DNA of 63,867 nucleotides from a candidate division WOR-3 bacterium (GTDB lineage: Bacteria; Hydrothermota; Hydrothermia; JBDRYB01). Below are positions 39,391-48,194 of the stretch, piece after piece. The translations under genes and the position numbers were made by a program. Position 1 is the first letter of the stretch, and the number at the start of each line of letters is the position of its first letter. Location: NCBI GenBank assembly GCA_039803205.1, contig JBDRYB010000009.1:1-63867 (forward strand). The letters run 5' to 3'. Under the pieces are notes generated by a model. It made no database searches, was not told the origin of the DNA, and was given only the letters and a program-made list of their open reading frames with translations.

Positions 39391-40707
39391 ATGATAAAGC
39401 TGTCAGTATCTGGACTCAGGGGCATCGCAGGGGTTGACCTGAGCCCTGATGTAGTGATCAGGTATGCCCGGGCGTTTTCAGCCTGGGCTGGAGCAGGCCA
39501 ATACATTCTCGCGAGGGACACTAGGCCCCACGGTCTCGCTTTCTATCACATGGTCGCGGGAGCCCTTATGGCAATGGGCCGGCATGTAGTTCACCTTGAT
39601 GTCGTTCCTACGCCAACCGCGCTCCTTCATGTGAGAAAAAGGGGAGCAACAGGAGGCATAGTCATAACAGCGAGCCACAACCCCGCTGAGTGGAACGCTT
39701 TGAAGTTCGCTAAGCGCGGGGGGGTTTTCCCTTTGGCAAAAGAGGTTGAGGAAATAGCAGATATAGCTCAAGGTTTGCCATCTTCCGTTTCTTGGGATTC
39801 CTTCGGTGGGGAGGAGCGAGATCCTGACCCCTTAAGTCCGCACCTTGATGCAGTAATGTCCTCAAGGTTCACCCAGATGACAGCTGGGCTTGAAGTCGCT
39901 ATTGACGCCGTGAACGGGGCTGGATACCTGGCTTTGCCGAGGCTACTTGAGGAAATGGGGGCGAGGGTTCAGCGCCTCAACTGCAACGGATCGGGGATCT
40001 TCACCCATCATCCTGAGCCCAAGAAAGAGCACCTTCCCGAGCTTGATGCCTTGGTTTTGGAGGGCAAGGTTCATCTGGGTCTCGCTTGCGACCCTGACGC
40101 TGATAGGTTGCTGGTCGGCATCGGGGGACGAGGGCTCCTTTCCGAGGAGCACACCCTTCCCCTCGTTGCTTGGGCGGTCCTCTCGGAGAGCCCTGGGACC
40201 GTTATCACCAATTTCTCCTCCTCCATGATGACCGAGCATGTGGCGAGGAGGTTCGGGGCAAAGGTAATCCGGGTTCCGGTTGGCGAGTCATTTCTGTTTG
40301 ATGCTATGGAGAGGGAAAACGCTATCCTTGGAGGTGAGGGTGGTGGTGGAATAATCATCCCCGAGATAAACCCCACGAGGGATGCCCTAGCCGCGGCGGG
40401 TGTCATAGCCTCCCTGGCCGCGAGGGGCGAGCTTCTTGACGCGCTCTCATCCATTCCCTCGTTCAGAATGGTCAAACTCAGGTTCCCCGGCGAGGATCCG
40501 GAGGATGTCCGAGAGAAGATGGCTCGTGTAAGGGAGATAGCGGAAAAGACCTGGCCAGGCCTCTATAAGGACTACTCAGATGGGGTCTACATAAGGGCAG
40601 AGGATTGGTGGATACATGTTCGTCCCTCAAACACAGAGCCAATAATCAGGCTATACGCGGAGGGGGATTGTGAGAGGGAGATGGAGGAGATAAAATGCCT
40701 CTTGTGA
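39391..40707 (+). CDS. Phosphohexomutase (GlmM/PMM-PGM family)
   Basis: SVSGLRG, ITASHNP, DPDADR, RPSNTEP. Confidence 0.93.
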   Translation: MIKLSVSGLRGIAGVDLSPDVVIRYARAFSAWAGAGQYILARDTRPHGLAFYHMVAGALMAMGRHVVHLDVVPTPTALLHVRKRGATGGIVITASHNPAEWNALKFAKRGGVFPLAKEVEEIADIAQGLPSSVSWDSFGGEERDPDPLSPHLDAVMSSRFTQMTAGLEVAIDAVNGAGYLALPRLLEEMGARVQRLNCNGSGIFTHHPEPKKEHLPELDALVLEGKVHLGLACDPDADRLLVGIGGRGLLSEEHTLPLVAWAVLSESPGTVITNFSSSMMTEHVARRFGAKVIRVPVGESFLFDAMERENAILGGEGGGGIIIPEINPTRDALAAAGVIASLAARGELLDALSSIPSFRMVKLRFPGEDPEDVREKMARVREIAEKTWPGLYKDYSDGVYIRAEDWWIHVRPSNTEPIIRLYAEGDCEREMEEIKCLL

Positions 40708-40753
40708 GGACACGGAGCGTTGCATCCATGATAAAGGGTAAGGAGGCCCGCGA

Positions 40754-40968
40754 ATGAGGCTCCTCGGCATCGTCGGCTCAATGAGAAAACAAGGGAATAC
40801 CGCGAAGATGGTGGGCGCGGCTCTTGAGGCCGCGAGGGAACGAGGGGCCGATATAAGGCTCATACACATCTCGGCATAGAGCCAAAAGAGGGATACGATC
40901 CGATTGAAAAAGCGAGGGAGCTGGGGAGAATGCTGGTCGAGGCACACGGAAAGGCTCCTCCCCGATAG
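40754..40968 (+). pseudogene. Internally deleted flavodoxin-like/iron-sulfur flavoprotein gene
   Basis: AGGAGG RBS; MRLLGIVGSMRKQGNTAKMV...IHISA*, then in another frame IEKARELGRMLV, resembling the family's N- and C-termini. Confidence 0.75.
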
Positions 40969-41011
40969 ATGCTGAGGCTGATTCTGGGTGCAATACCCCG
41001 GACTCTGCCGA

Positions 41012-41026
41012 TATAATTTGCCCGTG
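41012..41026 (+). promoter_or_regulatory. Leaderless promoter/start motif TATAATTTGCCCGTG (epimerase)
   Basis: -10 hexamer 6 nt before the GTG that begins (M)NVLVTGG. Confidence 0.7.
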
Positions 41027-41968
41027 AATGTCCTCGTGACAGGCGGGGCCGGATACATCGGCTCGGTTCTCTGCCGAGAGCTCATAGAGAGAGGCCATAA
41101 AGTTATCGTTCTTGACGCGCTGTTCTTCGGAGATATGGGAATAAGGGATCTCCTGGGCCATCCTGGTTTCAAGCTGATCAAAGGGGATATTCGGGTTCGG
41201 GAGGATATTTCAAGGGCAATTGAGAACACCGACGCCGTCATTCATTTAGCGGCCCTCGTGGGCGAGCCTGCCGCGAGCAGATGGCCTGAGCTGAACAGGA
41301 GCATAAACATAGACGGAACGAGGAACCTCCTTTCTTTTTGCGGTGAGAGGCTATTTCTATACGCGTCCAGTTGCTCCGTCTACGGGAACCAGGAGGGGCT
41401 CGTTGATGAGGAAAGCCCAACCATGGCTCTGGGGCCATACGCTGAATCAAGGATCGCGGGGGAGGAAATGGTCAGGGGCATGGCGAAAAACTTTGTCATA
41501 CTGAGATTCGCGACTGCCTTCGGGCTTTCACCCAGGATGCGCTTTGACCTCCTCGTGAACGAGTTCGTTCTCTCAGGGTGGAGGCGCGGCATCATAGAGA
41601 TATACAATCCGCAGATAACCAGGCCTTTCGTGCACCTGGCTGATCTCTCTCGTGCGGTTTGTGGAGCCCTTGGATCTCAGCCCGCCCTCGGCAGGATCGT
41701 AAACATAGGCATGGGGAATTTCTCAAAGGCTATTTTGGCGGAAAAGATAGCCAGGATAACAGGAGCCGAAATCAGGGAGATAAGCCGAGGCCCTGACATC
41801 AGGAACTACACCATTTCTTTTGAGAGAATGGAGAAGCTTTTGGGCCTAAAAGGCTCAGTGAGCATAGAGGACGGAGCGAGGGAGATACTCATGGCCTTGG
41901 AGAGGGGAAAGTTCCCGAATCCGGACGATCCGATTTACTACAATCACAGCCCCGTGTATGGGGTGTAA
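41024..41968 (+). CDS. NAD-dependent epimerase/dehydratase (extended SDR)
   Basis: VTGGAGYIGS, HLAALVG, ASSCSVYG, SPRMRFDL. Confidence 0.92.
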   Translation: MNVLVTGGAGYIGSVLCRELIERGHKVIVLDALFFGDMGIRDLLGHPGFKLIKGDIRVREDISRAIENTDAVIHLAALVGEPAASRWPELNRSINIDGTRNLLSFCGERLFLYASSCSVYGNQEGLVDEESPTMALGPYAESRIAGEEMVRGMAKNFVILRFATAFGLSPRMRFDLLVNEFVLSGWRRGIIEIYNPQITRPFVHLADLSRAVCGALGSQPALGRIVNIGMGNFSKAILAEKIARITGAEIREISRGPDIRNYTISFERMEKLLGLKGSVSIEDGAREILMALERGKFPNPDDPIYYNHSPVYGV

Positions 41969-42006
41969 GGGGCTGATATGCTTTCAGAACTATTGGCGCG
42001 CCGCTA

Positions 42007-43041
42007 TCAGGGATAGAGTATTACCTTTCCGGTCTCGCCCTTTTCCATTAGCTCAAAGCCCTTTTGGAACTCCTCAAGCCTGAACTCGTGGGTTATTGCG
42101 GGGCTGGGGTCAAGGCGTCCCGATGACAGGAGGTGAGATACCTTGAACCATGTGGAAAACATTTTCCTGCCAGTTATTCCGTAGACCCTTATGCCCTTGA
42201 AGATTATCTCGTTGTTCAGGTCCATGGTCACAGGGCCATCGGGTAGGCCAAGGAGGGACGCCCTACCGCCAGGGACCAGAGCAGAAAAGCCCTGATGTAT
42301 CGCGGATTCTTTTCCCGATAGCTCAAGAAATACCTCAACTCCGAGGCCTCCGGTCTCCCTCTTCACCGCCTCAACAACATCCTCTTTGGTCGGGTCTACG
42401 ACCACATCAGCGCCCATCTCCATGGCCTTTTTCCTGCGATACTCAACCGGTTCCGAAACGATGATCTTTGTGGCTCCGGAGGCACGGGCAACCGCTATTG
42501 TCAGGAGCCCGAGGGGCCCAGCGCCGGTTATGAGCGTTGTCTTTCCAGCTATGTCCTCAGCTAGAACGGTATCCGTCGCGTTCCCAAGAGGTTCTTGTAT
42601 TGATGCCCATGCAGGAGGGAGATCCGGAGGATTCACCCACGCGTCAACCTCGGGGACAACCGCATACTCCGCGAAGACCCCGTTCATGTCAACCCCGAAT
42701 ATCTTCATGTTGAGGCATATGTGCATGTTACCGGTAAGGCATTCGTAGCAATGGCCGCAGGGAACATGGGTCTCAGCGGAAATGAAATCGCCGACCTTGA
42801 TGTGTTTTACTCCGGGGCCCAGCTCAACGACCTCGCCAGCGACCTCATGGCCCATTATCTGGGGGAGAAGCTTCCTGAGGCGTTTATCAGCCCACTCGTT
42901 CCACTGGTATATGTGAAGGTCTGTTCCGCAAATGGAGGTTGCCCTGACCTTGATGAGCACCTGGCCCTCTCCGGGCTTCGGCACAGGAACATCAAGGAGC
43001 TCTGCCCCGCGCTGGGGCTTTGTTTTTACTATGGCTTTCAT
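42007..43041 (-). CDS. tdh: L-threonine 3-dehydrogenase
   Basis: [24 protein letters not shown]...[19 protein letters not shown]. Confidence 0.94.
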   Translation of the reverse strand: MKAIVKTKPQRGAELLDVPVPKPGEGQVLIKVRATSICGTDLHIYQWNEWADKRLRKLLPQIMGHEVAGEVVELGPGVKHIKVGDFISAETHVPCGHCYECLTGNMHICLNMKIFGVDMNGVFAEYAVVPEVDAWVNPPDLPPAWASIQEPLGNATDTVLAEDIAGKTTLITGAGPLGLLTIAVARASGATKIIVSEPVEYRRKKAMEMGADVVVDPTKEDVVEAVKRETGGLGVEVFLELSGKESAIHQGFSALVPGGRASLLGLPDGPVTMDLNNEIIFKGIRVYGITGRKMFSTWFKVSHLLSSGRLDPSPAITHEFRLEEFQKGFELMEKGETGKVILYP

Positions 43042-43179
43042 AAGGGAGATTATTATAATGGTGGGAGAGGTCCACAAACCACAGCAGGGTCCGGCGCTTA
43101 CCGGGTCATGATTGAATACTTGCGCGACGGGAGGGAATTAGATTATTATTTGAGCCACATATAAGGGAGGTGATAGAGC

Positions 43180-44493
43180 ATGATAACCATGATAGCCTGC
43201 CTTAGTCTTCTCGGCGGCGCGACGAAATACGAGTATCTGCACAGCGAGGGCATAAGCCTCAAGCCAGGCGCGTCCGTCCAGACCATATCAGCGACAAACA
43301 CCTGGTATGAGGGCATAGTCTCAGACGCGGTTGATTGTCAGGGGCCTGGCACATACAGCTTTTTGACAAACGCAGGGCATCCATGGGGAGATGACCTGAA
43401 CATATTGTTCTATGTTCCGCCCAGCTCCGGATACGATTCGCCCTGGTGGAGCTACACTACGGTCCGGGATTACACCGGCGCGAGGGAATACATCCTCGGA
43501 TACAACGAGTGTTGCGAGGAAGACGAGTGGGGAGATTGCGTTGAATGGCCCATGCTTGACCTCGTGGCTGGAACTCCAGGCTACACCCTTGAAGACGCCT
43601 ATCCATATAGGACTGGCCAGAGCAACTTCAATGGGACAGCGGGGGTGAGGACCACCTGGAGCATCTCCGGAGTGATGGACATCGTCGAGGAGATAGAGAT
43701 GACCGGAACAGCCTTTGAAAACAGCAGGATACGCTACACGGTCATCATAACGAACCGTTCAGGCTCCCAGAGGCAGTTCGGGATAAGGGGCTTTTTTGAC
43801 ATAAATGTCGCTGGTAACGATGGGGCATACTTCTGGGACCCAGTGAATGGTTGGCGCCAGGACGAGGAGGCCTGGAACAAGCCCATTCCGTTCAAGTATT
43901 ATGTTGTCTCAGAGGTCTACGGCGGCGGAACCAGATACATATATGGGAATGTCTCTGACTCTTCCTACGGGATGACCCCGACTCCCCCGGACAGGCTCTC
44001 CTACGCTTACTGGGGGGACTACGCCGAGCCCTTTGGCAACGGCCTCTGGTGCAATGCTTGGCTGGATTGCTCACAGCAGAACAGAAATGTGGGTGGAACC
44101 GACGCGTCGGTTGCCTACTGGTGGGGATATGATGGGACGCCAATAATTCTTGACCCCAACCAGAGCTTTACAGGGACAACCTACTTCTTCGCATCACCCC
44201 AGCCCCTAGCTATTGAGGATGAAAACGCTCAGCCAGGCCCCGTATTCGGCGTGAGGCTCAGGAGCTCTGTGGTTACAGAGGAGCTCGCAGTGGTCTACAT
44301 CCTTACGAGGGATGCGGAGGCAAAGATCGGCGTATATGACCTTTCAGGACGCCAGGTTATCGGCCTTGAGAAAAGCCTCAAGAGAGGTCAGGGGGAGTTG
44401 AGGATGCCGATCCCCGATCTCCCAGAGGGGCTTTACTACATGAGGTTTGAGGCGGATTGCGATGCGAGGACCATCCGGTTCGTGAAACAATAG
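43180..44493 (+). CDS. Secreted hypothetical protein with T9SS-like CTD
   Basis: GGAGG RBS; short hydrophobic N-terminus; IGVYDLSGRQV...LPEGLYY...RFVKQ. Confidence 0.78.
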   Translation: MITMIACLSLLGGATKYEYLHSEGISLKPGASVQTISATNTWYEGIVSDAVDCQGPGTYSFLTNAGHPWGDDLNILFYVPPSSGYDSPWWSYTTVRDYTGAREYILGYNECCEEDEWGDCVEWPMLDLVAGTPGYTLEDAYPYRTGQSNFNGTAGVRTTWSISGVMDIVEEIEMTGTAFENSRIRYTVIITNRSGSQRQFGIRGFFDINVAGNDGAYFWDPVNGWRQDEEAWNKPIPFKYYVVSEVYGGGTRYIYGNVSDSSYGMTPTPPDRLSYAYWGDYAEPFGNGLWCNAWLDCSQQNRNVGGTDASVAYWWGYDGTPIILDPNQSFTGTTYFFASPQPLAIEDENAQPGPVFGVRLRSSVVTEELAVVYILTRDAEAKIGVYDLSGRQVIGLEKSLKRGQGELRMPIPDLPEGLYYMRFEADCDARTIRFVKQ

Positions 44494-44548
44494 CTTGAAA
44501 ACAGGCGCCCACCTGCTTTATCATTTGTGAAACCGAAGGAGGTTTGAG

Positions 44549-46024
44549 ATGTTGTTCTTAACAACGCTGATGGTTGGTCTGAGCTCGGAGGCCAACCTGT
44601 ATCTTGAGGGGCGCGACAACCCTTCATACTGGGCCGAGGCTGTCCTCGGAAGGGGAGTTGTGGTCTATGTAGCCGGGACAGACCTTGATGCGAAGGCAAA
44701 GGATCTGGAGGCCCGCGGCGCGAAAATAGTGAGGATCAACGAGATACCCGGGAGCATAGTCTTCACCATACCCGAGAAGACCGTGGAAGCGAATAGGGCG
44801 TTCATAGATGCCCTCCTAGCAGACCCACAGGTTCTCTATGCCGAACCTGACTTCAAAGCCTACCCGCACTTCACCCCAAACGACCCTTACTGGACATCAG
44901 CGTATCACTGGGGCACAAAGGACATAAATGCTGACGACGCTTGGGACATAGCAGGGCTTGGTTCCACGAGCGTGAAGATAGCGGTCGTTGACCAGGGGGT
45001 ATATTATACCCACGAGGACCTGGCCGCTGCCTACGGTTCTGTCAAAGGTTACGATTTCGTGAATGACGACAACGATCCCTGGCCAGGCCCCAACGAGTTC
45101 CACGGAACATGGACATCCGGAATAGCTGCCGCCAGGATAAACAACGCCATAGGTATGGCAGGGGTCAGCAACTCCGGGCTATACGCTCTCAGAGCGCTTG
45201 ACCAGTCGGGCGGCACATATACGGATATCGGTGATGCTATATACTGGGCCGCTAACAACGGGGCTCACATCATCTCCATGAGCATAGGGGGCCCATCTTC
45301 ATCAGCCTACCTGCAGAGCGCTTGTCAATATGCTTGGAACATGGGGCTTTACCTTGCCGCTTCATCCGGAAACGATGGGACAAACCAGATCTCCTATCCT
45401 GCCAGATACTCCACCGTTGTGGCTGTTGGAGCCATAAACCAGGCTCATCAGAGGCCTTCCTGGAGCAACTACGGCCCGGAGCTTGAGCTCTGCGCGCCAG
45501 GGGTCTCAATAATAGGTTGCTATGGCACCAACCAGTATACTTATGCTGATGGCACCTCCGCTTCCTGCCCCTTCGTGACCGGCGCGGCTGGCCTCGTAAA
45601 GGCCTACAAACCTTCATACACGAACCAGCAGATAAGGGACCTCCTGAACGCGACCGCGCACGATTACGGAGCCGCTGGCTGGGACCAGTATTTCGGATAC
45701 GGTGAGGTTGACCTGTATGCGGCTATTCAGGGTGCTGGCATAACCGAGGAAGAGCTGGGCGTGAAGTTCCCCGTGAGGGCCACGCTTTCTCCCTCGGTGT
45801 CCAGAGGGAGCGCGAGCCTTCTTCTAACCTTGGGCGGCCTTCGCGATGTCGCGGTCTCGGTCTATAATCCGGCCGGCGCTCTGGTTTCGGTTCCCTTCAA
45901 GGGATCTTTGTCTGGTGGCGAGCACAGCATAAACCTCGATCTCTCCGGACTACCCCAGGGAACCTACATGGTCGTTGTCTCAGACGGCTACTCCTCCGCG
46001 ACCCAAAGGCTGATAAAGGAATAA
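44549..46024 (+). CDS. Subtilisin-family (S8) serine protease with propeptide and T9SS-like CTD
   Basis: Triad motifs AVVDQG, FHGT, GTSASCP; SSGN oxyanion hole; VYNPAG...LPQGTY..RLIKE. Confidence 0.93.
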   Translation: MLFLTTLMVGLSSEANLYLEGRDNPSYWAEAVLGRGVVVYVAGTDLDAKAKDLEARGAKIVRINEIPGSIVFTIPEKTVEANRAFIDALLADPQVLYAEPDFKAYPHFTPNDPYWTSAYHWGTKDINADDAWDIAGLGSTSVKIAVVDQGVYYTHEDLAAAYGSVKGYDFVNDDNDPWPGPNEFHGTWTSGIAAARINNAIGMAGVSNSGLYALRALDQSGGTYTDIGDAIYWAANNGAHIISMSIGGPSSSAYLQSACQYAWNMGLYLAASSGNDGTNQISYPARYSTVVAVGAINQAHQRPSWSNYGPELELCAPGVSIIGCYGTNQYTYADGTSASCPFVTGAAGLVKAYKPSYTNQQIRDLLNATAHDYGAAGWDQYFGYGEVDLYAAIQGAGITEEELGVKFPVRATLSPSVSRGSASLLLTLGGLRDVAVSVYNPAGALVSVPFKGSLSGGEHSINLDLSGLPQGTYMVVVSDGYSSATQRLIKE

Positions 46025-46043
46025 CCAGACTGCCCTGAAAACG

Positions 46044-46069
46044 AAAGGCCTCCATATGGAGGCCTTTTT
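46044..46069. terminator. Bidirectional intrinsic terminator
   Basis: Perfect palindrome AAAGGCCTCCATATGGAGGCCTTT with A/T tails, between convergent genes. Confidence 0.88.
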
Positions 46070-46094
46070 CTATCAGACCTTGGGTTGACCCAGA

Positions 46095-46682
46095 TCACTC
46101 CTCTCCCTTCAACCTCACCTCTTCAAAGAACAAGGAGGCGTTTCCGTCTTTGCCCGAATAATCCACCCTAAAGGGAAACTCAAGCCCACACTCCATCCTC
46201 CTGTAATCCCCAAAAAAGAAGCTCTCTCCCCACACAGAGAGGCTCCTTATCTTGTCCCCCTCAAGGCTTACCCTTGCCGTATCGTAACCCAGCCTCAGAT
46301 CCATGATGATTATGCTCCCTAGCCTGGTCGCGGAGATCAGTGAATCGGCTATGGCCTCATCCGGAACCCCGAACAGAAGGGACAAAGTGCCTTGGTTGGG
46401 CAGTTCTACAACGGAAAGAACCCCGCCAAAAGGGCCGTGGAGGGTGAGCCTCATCACTGATGCGTCCTTGTATAGGGTGAAGCTTCCCTCAAGAGCCATA
46501 AGCCCTTGTGTTCCCCTGTATTTGCCGAATCCTGTCAGTTCCCGCGTGAAGGCGCTTCGGGCCACCGCGGCCGAGAGAACGGAGGATGCCTTTTCCCGAG
46601 AGACCTCAACCGGCCCCGTGGCCTCCCTCGGAACGCACGAGAGGACGGCAAGTCCTATGAAAAGCGCTCTGATCTCCTGCAT
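46095..46682 (-). CDS. Hypothetical lipoprotein (possible LolB/DUF4292-like)
   Basis: AVLSC lipobox; MRLTLHGPFG; FPFRVDY. Confidence 0.6.
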   Translation of the reverse strand: MQEIRALFIGLAVLSCVPREATGPVEVSREKASSVLSAAVARSAFTRELTGFGKYRGTQGLMALEGSFTLYKDASVMRLTLHGPFGGVLSVVELPNQGTLSLLFGVPDEAIADSLISATRLGSIIIMDLRLGYDTARVSLEGDKIRSLSVWGESFFFGDYRRMECGLEFPFRVDYSGKDGNASLFFEEVRLKGEE

Positions 46683-47245
46683 CTCTCTGCTCTTATCACC
46701 GAGATTATGTCCAGCGCGGCCTCGTCAACCGTATCGTTTATGACCCAGTAATCGTAATGCTTGCCCTCCTCCATCTCTCTTCTTGCGTTCTCAAGTCTCC
46801 TCGTGAGGTCCTCGGTATCCTCGGTTCCGCGCCCTGAGAGCCGGGCCCAGAGCTCGTCTATTGACGGCGGAGCTATGAAGACCGTTATGCAATCTGTGCC
46901 AAAAGCCTCTTTTATCTGCCTTGCGCCCTGGGTGTCTATCTCGAGAACGACATCGAGGCCCTCCCTCATGCGTTCAAGGAGGGCTTTCTTTGGGGTTCCG
47001 TAACGATGTCCAAAAACGATCGCCCACTCAGCGAACTCCGAGCGCTCAATCCCTTTTTTGAATTCCTCCTCTGAGACGAAGAAGTAATCAACTCCATCAA
47101 CCTCGCCGGGTCTCGGAGGCCTCGTAGTGGTTGAGACAGAGAGCCAAAGGCCCTCCATTCCCTCCATGACCTTTCTGAGGACCGTGCTCTTGCCCACCCC
47201 CGAAGGGCCTGATATTACCAGGATGAAGGGCGAGTGTTTTCTCAT
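46655..47245 (-). CDS. gmk: Guanylate kinase
   Basis: SGPSGVGKST; SVSTTTRPPRPGEVDGVDYFF; YGTP; EIDTQGA. Confidence 0.97.
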   Translation of the reverse strand: MRKHSPFILVISGPSGVGKSTVLRKVMEGMEGLWLSVSTTTRPPRPGEVDGVDYFFVSEEEFKKGIERSEFAEWAIVFGHRYGTPKKALLERMREGLDVVLEIDTQGARQIKEAFGTDCITVFIAPPSIDELWARLSGRGTEDTEDLTRRLENARREMEEGKHYDYWVINDTVDEAALDIISVIRAERCRRSERFS

Positions 47246-48093
47246 TCCACATTCCTCACCTGTTCCCTGATCTGCTCAATTATCTCGCGGATCTTGACAG
47301 AGAGGGATACCAGCTTCGGACACGAGCTCTTTGAGGAAAGGGTGGTTGCCTCCCTGTGCAACTCCTGAGACAGAAATTCAAGGCGCTTCCCGACAGGTTC
47401 CTCCAGATCAAGGGCTTCCCTGAAGGCGGATATGTGGCTCCTCATGCGCTCCAGCTCCTCCTTAACATCTGCCTTTATCACCATCCAGCTGGCCTCCAGA
47501 AACAGCCTCTGGCGCACCTCCTCATCAACGAGGGACAGCTTGGCCATGTTCTCCTCTACGAAGCGCCTTCTTGACTCGTTTTCCTCTTCCTTGAGCCTTT
47601 CGGCCTCCGCGATCAGCTCCGAAAGCCTGTTAAGGAGATCAATGAGAATCTTCCCGATCTGATTTCCCTCTTTCAAACGGGTATCGGCCATCTCATCCAA
47701 GGCCAAAGAAACCACCCGCAGGAAATCGCTCGTGAATTCCTTCTCCTTGCCAGGGAAGGCTCCTGCTAGCCGGTGGATGTTGGTGAGATCAACTGTTGGA
47801 ACTATCCCCTCTGGCACGAATTCCTTGAGGCTCTTCAGGTAATCGGAGAGCATTTGCCCATCAACCCTCATGATGCCCTCATCCGGAATGAGCCTCACAA
47901 CAACCTGAACCCTGCCCCTGTAGAACCTATCCTGTATGAGTTTTCTTACCTCTGTCTCAGCGTCCGCAATCTCATCAGGCAGGATTATCTTCATCTCCAG
48001 GAACCTGGAATTCACGGAGCTCACGGACACGGAGACCGTGCAATCACGGAGCCGCTCCTGGGCTCTGCCGAATCCCGTCATGCTCTTGAGCAC
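47242..48093 (-). CDS. yicC: YicC/YloC endoribonuclease
   Basis: KSMTGFGR, SVNSRFLE, GKRLEFLSQELHREATT, EQIREQVRNVE; usual position upstream of gmk. Confidence 0.94.
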   Translation of the reverse strand: MLKSMTGFGRAQERLRDCTVSVSVSSVNSRFLEMKIILPDEIADAETEVRKLIQDRFYRGRVQVVVRLIPDEGIMRVDGQMLSDYLKSLKEFVPEGIVPTVDLTNIHRLAGAFPGKEKEFTSDFLRVVSLALDEMADTRLKEGNQIGKILIDLLNRLSELIAEAERLKEEENESRRRFVEENMAKLSLVDEEVRQRLFLEASWMVIKADVKEELERMRSHISAFREALDLEEPVGKRLEFLSQELHREATTLSSKSSCPKLVSLSVKIREIIEQIREQVRNVE

Positions 48094-48105
48094 GGGCAAA
48101 TTATA
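48091..48105 (-). promoter_or_regulatory. Leaderless promoter/start motif TATAATTTGCCCGTG (yicC)
   Basis: -10 hexamer 6 nt before the GTG that begins (M)LKSMTGF. Confidence 0.7.
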
Positions 48106-48194
48106 TTATCTGCCCATTTCCGGTTTCCAGCTCTCAGATGGTTGGCTCAATATGCTGAGGCCGTTCAAGCGAAGGATCGCCGAAAATTTCGGCC

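Noticed and set aside
40877..40879. TAG readthrough or programmed frameshift in the flavoprotein fragment
   Set aside because: Most of the domain is missing, so recoding could not restore it; no slippery site
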